The notes beneath the pieces are model-generated. The model saw only the letters and a list, made by a program, of their open reading frames with translations, did no database searches and was not told where the DNA came from. The translations under genes and the position numbers were made by a program. A stretch of DNA of 62,406 bases from Bacteroidales bacterium (GTDB lineage: Bacteria; Bacteroidota; Bacteroidia; Bacteroidales; WCHB1-69). Location of the stretch: contig JAZQOJ010000178.1 in the NCBI GenBank assembly GCA_045627805.1, positions 1 to 62,406 on the forward strand, in the 5' to 3' direction. Below are positions 8,641-19,000 of this stretch, piece by piece. How positions within the stretch are numbered: position 1 is the stretch's first letter; each line of letters begins with the position of its first letter.

Positions 8641-10386
8641 ATGAAGAAATTAGTTCTTTCTTTCTTGTTGGTGTTCAGCGTCTTGTTCGCTGGAAGACTT
8701 TCGGCCTGCACCAACTTTATCATCACGAAGGGTGCCAGTAGCGACGGCTCCTGTATGGTGACTTATGCCGCTGATTCGCACACATTGTACGGTGAACTTT
8801 ACTTTATCGCTGCCGGCAACCATCCAGCGGGCTCTTTCCGCGACATCGTTGAGTGGGATACAGGAAAACGCCTCGGACAAATCCCGGAAATCGCTCACAC
8901 TTATTCCGTTGTAGGAAATATGAACGAACATCAGCTCACCATCTCCGAAACCACTTATGGTGGACGCGAGGAATTGTGGGAAACTCCTGGCTTAATTGAT
9001 TATGGCTCACTGATTTACATTACTCTTCAGCGTGCCAAGAATGCCCGTGAGGCCATCAAGGTGATTTGCGAATTGCTGAATGCTTACGGTTATCACAGCG
9101 AAGGCGAGTCTTTCTCCATCGTTGACCCTAACGAGGCCTGGATTTTTGAATTGATTGGAAAAGGTGCCGAAATGAAAGATGCCAAGGGCAAAACCGTGAA
9201 GGGCTGGTCAAATGGTGCCGTCTGGGTGGCCCGCCGTATTCCGGATGGTTACATCTCCGGTCACGCCAACCAAGCGCGTATCACCACGTTCCCGCTTCGC
9301 GATGGCAAGACTTCCATCACTTCAAAGGAAATTGATAAGATTTTCCTTCCCGATGTTGAAACCGTTTATTCTCAGGATGTTATCACTTTTGCAAAGCTCA
9401 AAGGTTACTATCCTGCTGATGGCGCAGATGCTGATTTCAGCTTCCGCGATGCTTACGCTCCCATCAATTTCGAAGGCGCTCGCTTCTGCGACTCCCGCGT
9501 CTGGATGGCCTTCTACCGCTGCAACCCTGGCTTGATGGCCCAGTACGAGGATTATGCTCGCGGCGACAATCTGGAACATAACTTCCCGCTTTGGATCAAG
9601 CCCGATAAGAAACTTGACGTGTTGGCTGTGATGCAGTTGATGCGCGACCATTTCGAGGGCTCCTCAATGGATATGACCAAAGACCTTGGCGCAGGCCCGT
9701 TCGCTTGTCCCTACCGCTGGCGCCCGATGAACTGGTCGTACGATGGTAAGGAGTACATCCACGAGCGTGCCACCGCAACCCAGCAAACCGGTTTCTCTTT
9801 CGTGGCTCAAATGCGTGCCGGCCTTCCCGACGGCTTCGGCGGAATCCTCTGGTTTGGCGTTGATGATGCCGCCTCCACCTGCTATATGCCGATGTTCTGC
9901 GGAATCAACAAAGTCCCATTCGAACTCCAAGAAGGCAACGGCTCTATGGTTGACTACTCTTCAACCGCTGCCTACTGGAAGTTCACGAAAGTGAGCCAAC
10001 TCGTTTATACCCGCTATTGCGATATGATTAAGCACGTCAACAATTCTCAAAAAGAATTGGAGGCCGGCTTTCTGACCGAAGTGAAGAATTTGGAAGCCAA
10101 GATGGTTTCGATGTACAAGAATGACCCCGCCGCCGCACAGCGCGAGCTCACTACCTTCTCCGCCAACTGTGCCAAGAAAGCCTGCGCCGAATGGGACCGC
10201 CTCTTCGAATACCTCCTCGTGAAGTACAACGATGGCAATGTGAAGAAAGAAGCCAACGGACAGTTCGTTAAGACAAATACTGCTGTACCGCAATGCGAAA
10301 ATCCTGATCATCCTGCCTATCCTGAAAAATGGTACAAGATGATTGTGGATGATTGTGGAAACAATATTCAAAACAAAATGCAATAA
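8641..10386 (+). CDS. Peptidase C69 family dipeptidase (exported)
   Basis: Signal peptide followed by N-terminal nucleophile Cys (ACTNFII); GNMNEHQL.ISETTYGGR; GESFSI.D; HANQARI. Confidence 0.88.
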   Translation: MKKLVLSFLLVFSVLFAGRLSACTNFIITKGASSDGSCMVTYAADSHTLYGELYFIAAGNHPAGSFRDIVEWDTGKRLGQIPEIAHTYSVVGNMNEHQLTISETTYGGREELWETPGLIDYGSLIYITLQRAKNAREAIKVICELLNAYGYHSEGESFSIVDPNEAWIFELIGKGAEMKDAKGKTVKGWSNGAVWVARRIPDGYISGHANQARITTFPLRDGKTSITSKEIDKIFLPDVETVYSQDVITFAKLKGYYPADGADADFSFRDAYAPINFEGARFCDSRVWMAFYRCNPGLMAQYEDYARGDNLEHNFPLWIKPDKKLDVLAVMQLMRDHFEGSSMDMTKDLGAGPFACPYRWRPMNWSYDGKEYIHERATATQQTGFSFVAQMRAGLPDGFGGILWFGVDDAASTCYMPMFCGINKVPFELQEGNGSMVDYSSTAAYWKFTKVSQLVYTRYCDMIKHVNNSQKELEAGFLTEVKNLEAKMVSMYKNDPAAAQRELTTFSANCAKKACAEWDRLFEYLLVKYNDGNVKKEANGQFVKTNTAVPQCENPDHPAYPEKWYKMIVDDCGNNIQNKMQ

Positions 10387-11183
10387 TGCAGGAACAACCT
10401 GTCGTAATGGGGATACTGAATGTAACGCCTGACTCGTTTTACGATGGCGGTAAGTATCTCACTGATAAGCAGATATTGAGTCGCGCCGAAGAGATTTTAT
10501 CCCAAGGCGCGGCTTTTATTGACATTGGCGCGGCTTCTACTCGCCCCGGTGCCGCTGATGTGGACGAGGAAACGGAAATCAATCGCATCCGCCACGCTGT
10601 TACGCTGGTTCGAAACGCCTTCCCTTCCGCTCAAATCTCCATCGACACCTGGCGTTCGTCGGTCGCCCGTTGCGCCGTCGGCGAAGGCGCCAATATGATT
10701 AACGATGTCTCAGGCGGTGTCTTTGATTCGCTGATGCCACTAACTATCGCCCAACTCAATGTCCCCTATGTCTTGATGCATACAACTGCGAAACCTGCTT
10801 TGATGCAACAACTTACGCTGGCCGAGAACCCGATTGCAAGTATGCTCCAGTTCTTCGGACAGCAAATCGCTATTTTCAAAGATGCCGGCTGCACCAAGTT
10901 GATCCTTGACCCTGGCTTCGGCTTCGGCAAAACATTGGAACAGAATTATTTAATACTGAAAAATCTGTCCGTTTTTCGTATTTTTGAATTTCCAATTCTT
11001 ATCGGACTATCGCGTAAATCAATGATTTATAATGTATTAGATATTGCTCCCGACCAAGCACTGTGTGGCACAACCGCACTGAATATGCTCGCACTGCAAA
11101 ACGGTGCCGATATTCTTCGTGTACACGATGTGCGCGAAGCCGTTCAAACTATCAAACTTTATCAATTGTACCAAAAACAATAA
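10386..11183 (+). CDS. folP: Dihydropteroate synthase
   Basis: VMGILNVTPDSFYDGG, DIGAASTRPG, DPGFGFGK, SRKS and RVHDV. The ATG overlaps the upstream TAA at 10386. Confidence 0.95.
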   Translation: MQEQPVVMGILNVTPDSFYDGGKYLTDKQILSRAEEILSQGAAFIDIGAASTRPGAADVDEETEINRIRHAVTLVRNAFPSAQISIDTWRSSVARCAVGEGANMINDVSGGVFDSLMPLTIAQLNVPYVLMHTTAKPALMQQLTLAENPIASMLQFFGQQIAIFKDAGCTKLILDPGFGFGKTLEQNYLILKNLSVFRIFEFPILIGLSRKSMIYNVLDIAPDQALCGTTALNMLALQNGADILRVHDVREAVQTIKLYQLYQKQ

Positions 11184-11210
11184 ATTGCTATTCGGCTTCA
11201 ACCCAATTCC

Positions 11211-11262
11211 CAACCCCTCAACAATTCAACCCCTCAACAATTCAACAATTCAACACCTCAAC
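11211..11262 (+). repeat. 8-bp tandem repeat (CAACAATT/CAACCCCT variants), about 6.5 copies
   Basis: caacccct caacaatt caacccct caacaatt caacaatt caacacct caac, ending 6 bp before the ATG at 11269. Confidence 0.85.
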
Positions 11263-11268
11263 TTGTAA

Positions 11269-12375
11269 ATGAAACGTTTATTCACACTTACAATCTTACT
11301 GGTCACCCTTTCTGTCGCGGTGGCGCAAGTACCGGATGGCTACTACAATGCGGCTATCGGAAAAAGCGGCGAGCAACTTCGTACCGCCCTTTGCAATATC
11401 ATAAAAAGCCATACCGTGCTGAATTATTCCGATTTGTGGAATGCGTATCGTGCCACCGACGTAATGCCTTCGGGTAAGGTTTGGGATATCTATTCCGACA
11501 ACCCGACAGGAACTGCGCCCTACTATTTTGATTTCAGCGACCAGTGCGGCAATTATACAAGCGAAGGACAATGCTACAATCGCGAGCACACCATTCCGCA
11601 AAGCTGGTTCAACGATGCCACGCCGATGAAAACAGACCTTTTCCACATCTATCCGACCGATGGCTGGGTGAACAACAAGCGTGGAAATCTGCCTTACGGT
11701 GAGGTGGATGAGAACTCCAATCCTTGGACCAGTCAAAATGGTTCGAAAGTCGGTGATTGCAGCTATCCAGGATGCTCTGGCAATGTTTTTGAACCGATTG
11801 ATGCGTACAAGGGCGATTTGGCCCGCGGCTTTTTCTATATGTCGGTCTGCTATATGGATAAAAATCTGGGGCAGTCCTCCGAATCCGTCTTTACGGGTTC
11901 TCAACTCGTTTCCTGGGCTAAAAATATGTTTGTGGATTGGCACACTAACGATCCCGTAAGCCAAAAAGAGATCGATCGCAATAATGTGATTGATAGTCAG
12001 ATACAGCATAATAGAAATCCTTTTATTGATTGTCCCGAATTGGTGGACTACCTTTTTGGCAGCCGCCAGAATGAACCGTGGTATCCTACTTGCATTGAGT
12101 GGAATGAAACCGATATCGAAAACTACCATCTCGCTGACTATCAGTCTTGTCAGATTTTCCCCAATCCTGCTTCAAATCAAGTGAATATTAGAAGCAATTA
12201 TTTGAATATTAATAAGATAGAAATATTTGACATTGCAGGCCGTGAGGTGCTTTCCATCCAGAATGTAGGCGATAAAAATACGATGATTTCCACCGACAAC
12301 TTGCCGACGGGCTGCTATTTCATTAGGATTTCCACGCAAAAAACTACCGAAACCCTCAAACTCATCATCAAATAA
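11269..12375 (+). CDS. Secreted endonuclease I-family nuclease with T9SS C-terminal domain
   Basis: Signal peptide; NREH, DLFHIYPTDGWVNNKRGN, KGDLAR and QHNRNPFID motifs; IFPNPA...GCYFIRI...KLIIK tail. Confidence 0.88.
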   Translation: MKRLFTLTILLVTLSVAVAQVPDGYYNAAIGKSGEQLRTALCNIIKSHTVLNYSDLWNAYRATDVMPSGKVWDIYSDNPTGTAPYYFDFSDQCGNYTSEGQCYNREHTIPQSWFNDATPMKTDLFHIYPTDGWVNNKRGNLPYGEVDENSNPWTSQNGSKVGDCSYPGCSGNVFEPIDAYKGDLARGFFYMSVCYMDKNLGQSSESVFTGSQLVSWAKNMFVDWHTNDPVSQKEIDRNNVIDSQIQHNRNPFIDCPELVDYLFGSRQNEPWYPTCIEWNETDIENYHLADYQSCQIFPNPASNQVNIRSNYLNINKIEIFDIAGREVLSIQNVGDKNTMISTDNLPTGCYFIRISTQKTTETLKLIIK

Positions 12376-12426
12376 TCCGGATTTCGCAATATTCTTCCTC
12401 TCCTTCACCCATTCACCAAAAAAACA

Positions 12427-12861
12427 ATGCAACTCCGTCTCACCAAGCAATTCTCGTTTGAAATGGCCCACGCGCTTACGCATTACGAGGGGCTCTGCCA
12501 GAACATTCACGGGCATTCCTATAAGATGGATGTCACGGTGGCTGGAAAGCCGCAAACGGCTCCCGATTCTCCACAATTGGGGATGGTGATGGATTTTCGT
12601 GAGCTGAAAAATATTGTGAATGAGGCGGTTATAGGTAAAATGGACCATACCCTTGTGTTGAGCGACGAGACGGATGCGGAGTTGGTGAGCCAGTTGAAGA
12701 AACATTATGAGCGCGTGCTGGTGTTGCCCTGCCAACCCACCACCGAAAACTTGTTGATGATTTTCGCAGACCTCATCATCAAACTGCTTCCCGACGGTGT
12801 TTCACTTTACTCCATCCGCCTTCAGGAAACCGAAACCTCGTTCGCTGAATTGGTGCTTTAG
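12427..12861 (+). CDS. queD: 6-carboxy-5,6,7,8-tetrahydropterin synthase
   Basis: FEMAHAL, CQNIHGHSY, GMVMDF, DH, PTTEN and ET motifs. Confidence 0.9.
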   Translation: MQLRLTKQFSFEMAHALTHYEGLCQNIHGHSYKMDVTVAGKPQTAPDSPQLGMVMDFRELKNIVNEAVIGKMDHTLVLSDETDAELVSQLKKHYERVLVLPCQPTTENLLMIFADLIIKLLPDGVSLYSIRLQETETSFAELVL

Positions 12862-12943
12862 CCCCTTTTCTTTTTTCACATCTTGTTGTTCAAAAAAAAA
12901 TCGTTTTTCCTAAAAAAACGTGTGCTATTACAAAAAAAAGTAC

Positions 12944-12951
12944 TATTTTTG
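12944..12951 (+). promoter_or_regulatory. Bacteroidota -7 element upstream of the giant surface protein gene
   Basis: TATTTTTG in an AT-rich intergenic region, about 125 bp before the ATG. Confidence 0.5.
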
Positions 12952-12967
12952 TAAGATTTTATATCTA

Positions 12968-12987
12968 TGTGGATAAGTTGTTGATAA
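12968..12987 (-). promoter_or_regulatory. Pair of DnaA-box-like 9-mers
   Basis: tgtggataa (12968-12976) is the reverse complement of consensus TTATCCACA; tgttgataa (12979-12987) has one mismatch. Confidence 0.4.
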
Positions 12988-13075
12988 AAAACAACTCTTC
13001 ACATATAATTTATTGAAAATAAAATAGATAGAAAGAAGAATAGAGAAAATTAATAATCAATCAAAAATCAAATTT

Positions 13076-16000
13076 ATGAAAAGGTTTTACACTTTTAGAC
13101 CTGAAAATTTCCGAATCTTTGCAAAGATGAAGAGTTTTATTGCTGTCGCATTGATGATGTTGATGGCTGTGGGTAATGTAAACGCTCAAGTTTACCAATT
13201 GGTAACGAACGCTGCCGACCTTCAGGTGGGCGACTCAATCGTTATTGCGGCAAGTGACTACAATAAAGCTTTGGGAACCGGAACCAATGCAACTGCAACC
13301 AACCGCACCGCTGTTGACATTACCAAAACCAACAATCTGGCTTCTTGGACTTCTAATGTTCAAGTGATTAAACTTGAAACAGGTGAGGTCTCGGGTACGT
13401 TCGCTTTCAAAGTTGACGGCGGCTATCTGTATGCTGCCAGCAATACCGGTAATCAGTTGAAAACCCAAACGACCAATGATGATGAGGGCTCTTGGTTGAT
13501 TACCATTGCTTCAAATGTGGCAAGTATCGTTGCGCAAGGAGACAATACTCGTAATCAATTGAAATACAATACGTCTGGCTTGTTCTCTTGCTATGGTTCA
13601 ACAAACACGCAGCCGGCTGTCTGCATCTATAAGAAGTCTTGTCCCGCTGTTACTGATTTGGCAAGCTCTAATGTCGCTTACAATGCCGCTACTATAACTT
13701 GGACTTCAGCACTCGCGAACTTCGATTTCCAACTCAACGGAACGCCTCAGGCATACACCCCCACTCACGAAGGCGATGTCTGGACTTTGAACCTTGATGA
13801 GCTGGATCCCGAAACTGCTTACACTTTTGGTGTGAAACTTACCTGTTCAGCGGAATACGCAACCACTTCTTTTACTACCGAAGCTGCTCCTATTATTTCT
13901 CACGTGAATGAAGAATACATCAACGCTTGCCAAACTTGGAATTTTGCTAAGCTTGACGGCTCTAATATTATATGTACAGAAACAAGTATATTATATGATA
14001 CGCTTGTAGGTGGTGCATCCAATGGTGACGACACGATCCATATCGTTCACTTGACCATCGGTCAGCCGTTTGATGGCGATATTTACAAAACTGTTTGCCA
14101 AAACGCACTTCCTTATACTTTTGGCGAACTCACTTTCGGCGCCGAGTCACCTGTGATGGAATACCCCGTGGCTTTTGAACAAACGTTCACCACTCCTTGC
14201 GGTTGCGATAGCACTGTGAGACTCCATCTTACCATTACTGAAATGTTCACCGCCACCGATGAGAAAACCATTTGTGAAAACGATCTTCCTTATCCGTGGA
14301 ATGGTGAGACTTTTGACGCAGCAGGTGAAAAGACCGTTACACTGACCGCTTCCAATGGTTGCGACTCAGTGGTGACGATGACCTTGACGGTTAATCCTAA
14401 CACTGCTGAAACCATTACTGCCAGCATCATTGAAAATGAACTTCCTTACAGGTTGAATGATTCAACCTACAGCACTACTGGCAGCTACACTCAGAAACTC
14501 ACTAACGCAAATGGCTGCGATAGCATCATCACCTTGAACCTTACGGTTTATGAAAACCAATTTGCTACCGCCAACAAGACCATTTGCGCTTCTGAACTTC
14601 CTTACACTTGGGATGGCGTGCAGTTCAATGAAGCCGGTACCAAGGATACCACCCTCGCTGGCCAGGGCGCTCACGGTGTTGATAGCACCGTCACGATGAC
14701 CCTCGTTGTGAATCCGACCTATAACATTGACGTGGATTCCACCATTTGCGACGGCGCACTTCCTTTCCCTTGGAATGGCCTCAACTTCCTTACCGCTGGC
14801 ACTATGTCAGTAACCCTCGCTACCGCTAATGGTTGCGACTCAGTGGTTAATATGACTTTGAATGTCAATTATCGTGACTATGAAAACGCTGGTGAATTGA
14901 CCCTCTGCGAAAACGAGCTTCCTTATACTTGGCGTGATGTGACTATCAGCGAAAACGTTGCTGATAGCACTTATACTTTTGTCCGCACCAATGCTGCTGG
15001 TTGCGACAGCACTGTTACCCTTCACGTTTTGGTGAACGGTACCGCAGCTTGCGCTTTCAATGTTGAGTACGAACAGCCCGAACACGGTACCATCGCAGGT
15101 CCCGCTACCGTTAACCACGGCGAAGATGCTGAATACACTTTCACTGCTGAAAGCGATTGCTACTACCTCGAAGACGTTACGCTCGATGGCACTTCTGTAA
15201 TGGCTCAGCTTGTTGACAATACTCTCTCACTTGACAGCGTTGTGGCTCACCACGCCTTGACTGCTACCTTTGCTCAGTACGAATACACTGTTACTGCCAC
15301 CCAGGTTGAAAACGCTACTATCACCGCTACCGAAACCTATGGTTGCGGCGAAGATGCAACCTATACCGTTACTCCTGCTGAAGGTTACCATATTGTATAT
15401 GTAACCGTTGACGGCACTCCTATGACTGATATCGCTGAATACACTTTCGAAAATATTCACGAAGCTCATACCATCACCGCTACCGTGGCTATCAACACCT
15501 TCAACATCGTTGCTACCGCTGGTGAAAACGGTTCAATCACTCCGCTTGGAACCACTACTGTAGATTGGCACACCACCCCCACTTACACCATCGCTCCTGC
15601 TTCTTGCTACGAAATTGCTACCCTTACCGTGAATGGTTCCGTTATCGAAAATCCGACCAATACTTATACTTTCGATTCTATCGAAGCTGACGCTACCATT
15701 GACGTGACCTTCCAGATGATTCAGTACGAACTCACTTGGGAAAGCATCGGTGAGGGCGAAGGTTTGGTGAATGGTCAGCCCGAAGGCGTTTTCACCACCG
15801 CAATGTGTGGCGAAACCGTTTCTAACTTCCCCATCCACGCTAATACCGGTTCTCATATCGCTTCCGTGGTTTGGAACAATTACCCGATCGTTCTCGGTGG
15901 CACTATCTCCGATTGGACCATCAACATTCCTATGGTGGTGAATGCTTCTAACACGAATGTTCAGGTTGAATTCACTATTGACACGCACGTTGTTACTGCT

Positions 16001-19000
16001 TCAGTAAACGATGCCACTATGGGTGAGGTTGTTCCTGCTACCAACACCGTTAATTACAATACGGCTGACACCGTTGCTGTTACTGCTAACGAAGGTTATC
16101 ATATTGCCAGTATCATTTGTGGTAATGATACCGTTGAATACGGAAACAATGAAGATGTTACCGCTACTTATGTTGTGAACAATGTTACTTCCGATACCGC
16201 TGTTATGGTGAACTTCGCTATCAACGAATATACCATCACGATGAACTACAACGAAGCAGAAGGCACTGTGACTCCTGGTACCACCACTGTACAACACGGT
16301 GCTGATTTAGCAGTGACCATCACTCCTGCTGATTGCTATCATATTGCCAATGTTCAAATCGACAACGTTGATGTTATCGATTACAATCTTACGGCTGTTG
16401 ATGCTAATCACGTTTACGACATCACCTTCGCTATCGATCAGTTCGCAATGACAGGTGTTGCACACGATGCTACTATGGGCGAAGTGGTTGAAGGTACAGT
16501 TGATTGCGGCGAAACCTACACTTACACCATTAACGCTAACACGGGTTATCATCTTGATTCTGTTAAGTTAGGTGATGAGGTCATCGCTACCTATACGGAT
16601 CAGGCCGCTACGCAAACTTGCGATGTTCCTGCCGTACACGCTGCTACCAGCATTGATGCTTACTTTAGCATTAATGAATACAATGTTACCGCTACTGCTG
16701 AAAATGGCGAAGTTAATCCTGCTGACAGCACGGTTGCTCACGGCGGTTCACAGACCTTCGATCTTATTCCGAACAACTGCTATGAGCTGACTTCAGTTTT
16801 GGTTAACGGCACTGAAATGATTGCTGACGTTGTTGAAACGCCTGCTACCAGAGCCACCCTTTTGGATGTGAACTTCTCTGAAGTCACTTCTGGTGGTACT
16901 CAAGACTGCGATGCTGCTAATGGTACCATTACCATCGGTGGCGTTTATTCTGGCTGGACTGGCACCAGAGTTTATCCTGCTAATGGTAAAATCAAATTGG
17001 GAAGTGGCAGCAGTGCTGGTCACGTTAATTTGCCCACAATGGATTGCTCTGCCAATGACGGCAACTTCCACATCGCATTTGATGCTAAAGCTTGGAAAAA
17101 TGATGCAACTTCTTTGAAAGTGATCGTTACCACTGCTTCTGGCGCACGTACTTATACGGTTGCTGGCCTTTCCAATGCCAATGATTGCGAAATGTCACGC
17201 TTCGATATTGCTTGCACCGACGGTGATGCTCATACTCAGATCACTATTGATGGCGCTGCTAATGCCAACTCTCGCTTCTTCTTGGATAATGTCTTGGTTT
17301 ACACTGGCTCAAATGCTGCTTATACCTTGACTGTTAACGATATTGAAGGTGAAACTAACGTTGAAGCAACGTTCAGCCAGATTCAATATGACGTTGTTAC
17401 CAGTGTGATTGAAGGTAATGGAGACATTACTCCGAGCTTCCAGTTGCCTTGCGGTACTACCAATACCGTTACGATGACCGCAGAGGAAGGTTCACACATT
17501 GAATATTATACCATCAATGGCAATCTGTACACCTTGGGCGAAAATGACGATGCCGTGCGTGAATTGACGATTGAAGGTACTGAAAACGATACGATTGCGG
17601 TTGCTTTCGCTACTAATTCCTACAAAGTTACCACTCAGGTTGGTAATGGTCAGGGTTCTTTCACTCCTGCTACTCAGTTTGTTGACCACGGTCAGGATGC
17701 TATCGTAATGGTTGTGGCTGATACGGCTCACGGTTATCACATTGCTGATATCGATGGCGTTGTTTATGGCAATAATACCGATACCGTTGTTTATGATACT
17801 TTGTATAATGTAGTTAGCGATACTACTGTTATGGCTAATTTCGCGCTCAATCTCTATCCGATTACGGTTACCAACCTGAATCCAGATGGCGGTTCTGTTG
17901 TTCCTACTACCAATAATTGGACTTGGGGCCAGAATGCTTCATTCACCATTACTCCTAATTCACCTTGCTTCTACATCAGCGAAATCACTGCCGATGGTGT
18001 AACCCTCGTAGCGGGTGCTGATTATAATGTTGATGGTAAAGTCTATACTTTCAACGCTGTCGCTGAAGAGCACACCCTTACTGTTAACTTCACTGATTCT
18101 GTTTTCAATATGACTGCAAGCGTTCATCCTACCAGTGCTGCTACTGTTAATGCTGGTACTGCTCATTGTGGTGAAGACTTCACTTATGAAATTGAAGCTG
18201 CAGACGGTGTACACCTTTCCACTATCTTTGTTGATGGTCAGTTGGATACCGTTTTCGCTAATCAGGAAGACTACTATGAATACACTATTGAAAACATTCA
18301 CGAAAATCATAATGTAATTGTTTATACCGAAGCCGACCTTTACACTGTTGAAATTTCTGGTTGCGCTGATGATATCAATGGTACTTATGATAATGTTGCA
18401 TACGGTCAGGCATTTGAATTCAACCTCAAACCTGCTGAATGCGAATACCTCTCATCTTTCACCATTAATAATGTTCAATATGCTGACAGTGTGGTTGGCG
18501 GTTTGTACACTTGGTATGCAAACGATAATGCTGTTATCACCGCTACTTTCGATAGCATCCAATATGTAATGGCTGAAACCCATACTGGTAATGGTACTGT
18601 AAGCAGCGACACTGTTATGTGTGGCGAGGATTTCGTTTACGAAGTTTTAGCTGATGAGGGTTGGCACATTGCTTCCTGCATTCTTACGGATGGTATTGAT
18701 AGTTTGGAACTGATGTCAATCCCGACCACCAATGCTGACAACAATACTACCGTTAACGTTACTGCTGATGCCAACTATGCTTTGGTAGTTGAGTTCGCAA
18801 TTAATACTTATAATGTAACGGCTTGCAACACGCTTACCGATGGTACAATCACTTTTGAACAGGCTGTTGTAAACCACGATGCTTCTGTTGAGGCAACTGT
18901 AACTGCTACCACTGCTGGTATGCACGTTCAGACCGCGTTCAGCGATGCTACTAACGTTGCTACTTACGGTGCAAACGATCAAACCACTGTTACTTACACT

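Noticed and set aside
11211-11262. Short repeats (also 48633-48682) considered as CRISPR arrays
   Set aside because: They are contiguous 8-mers with no unique spacers, and the window has no cas genes.
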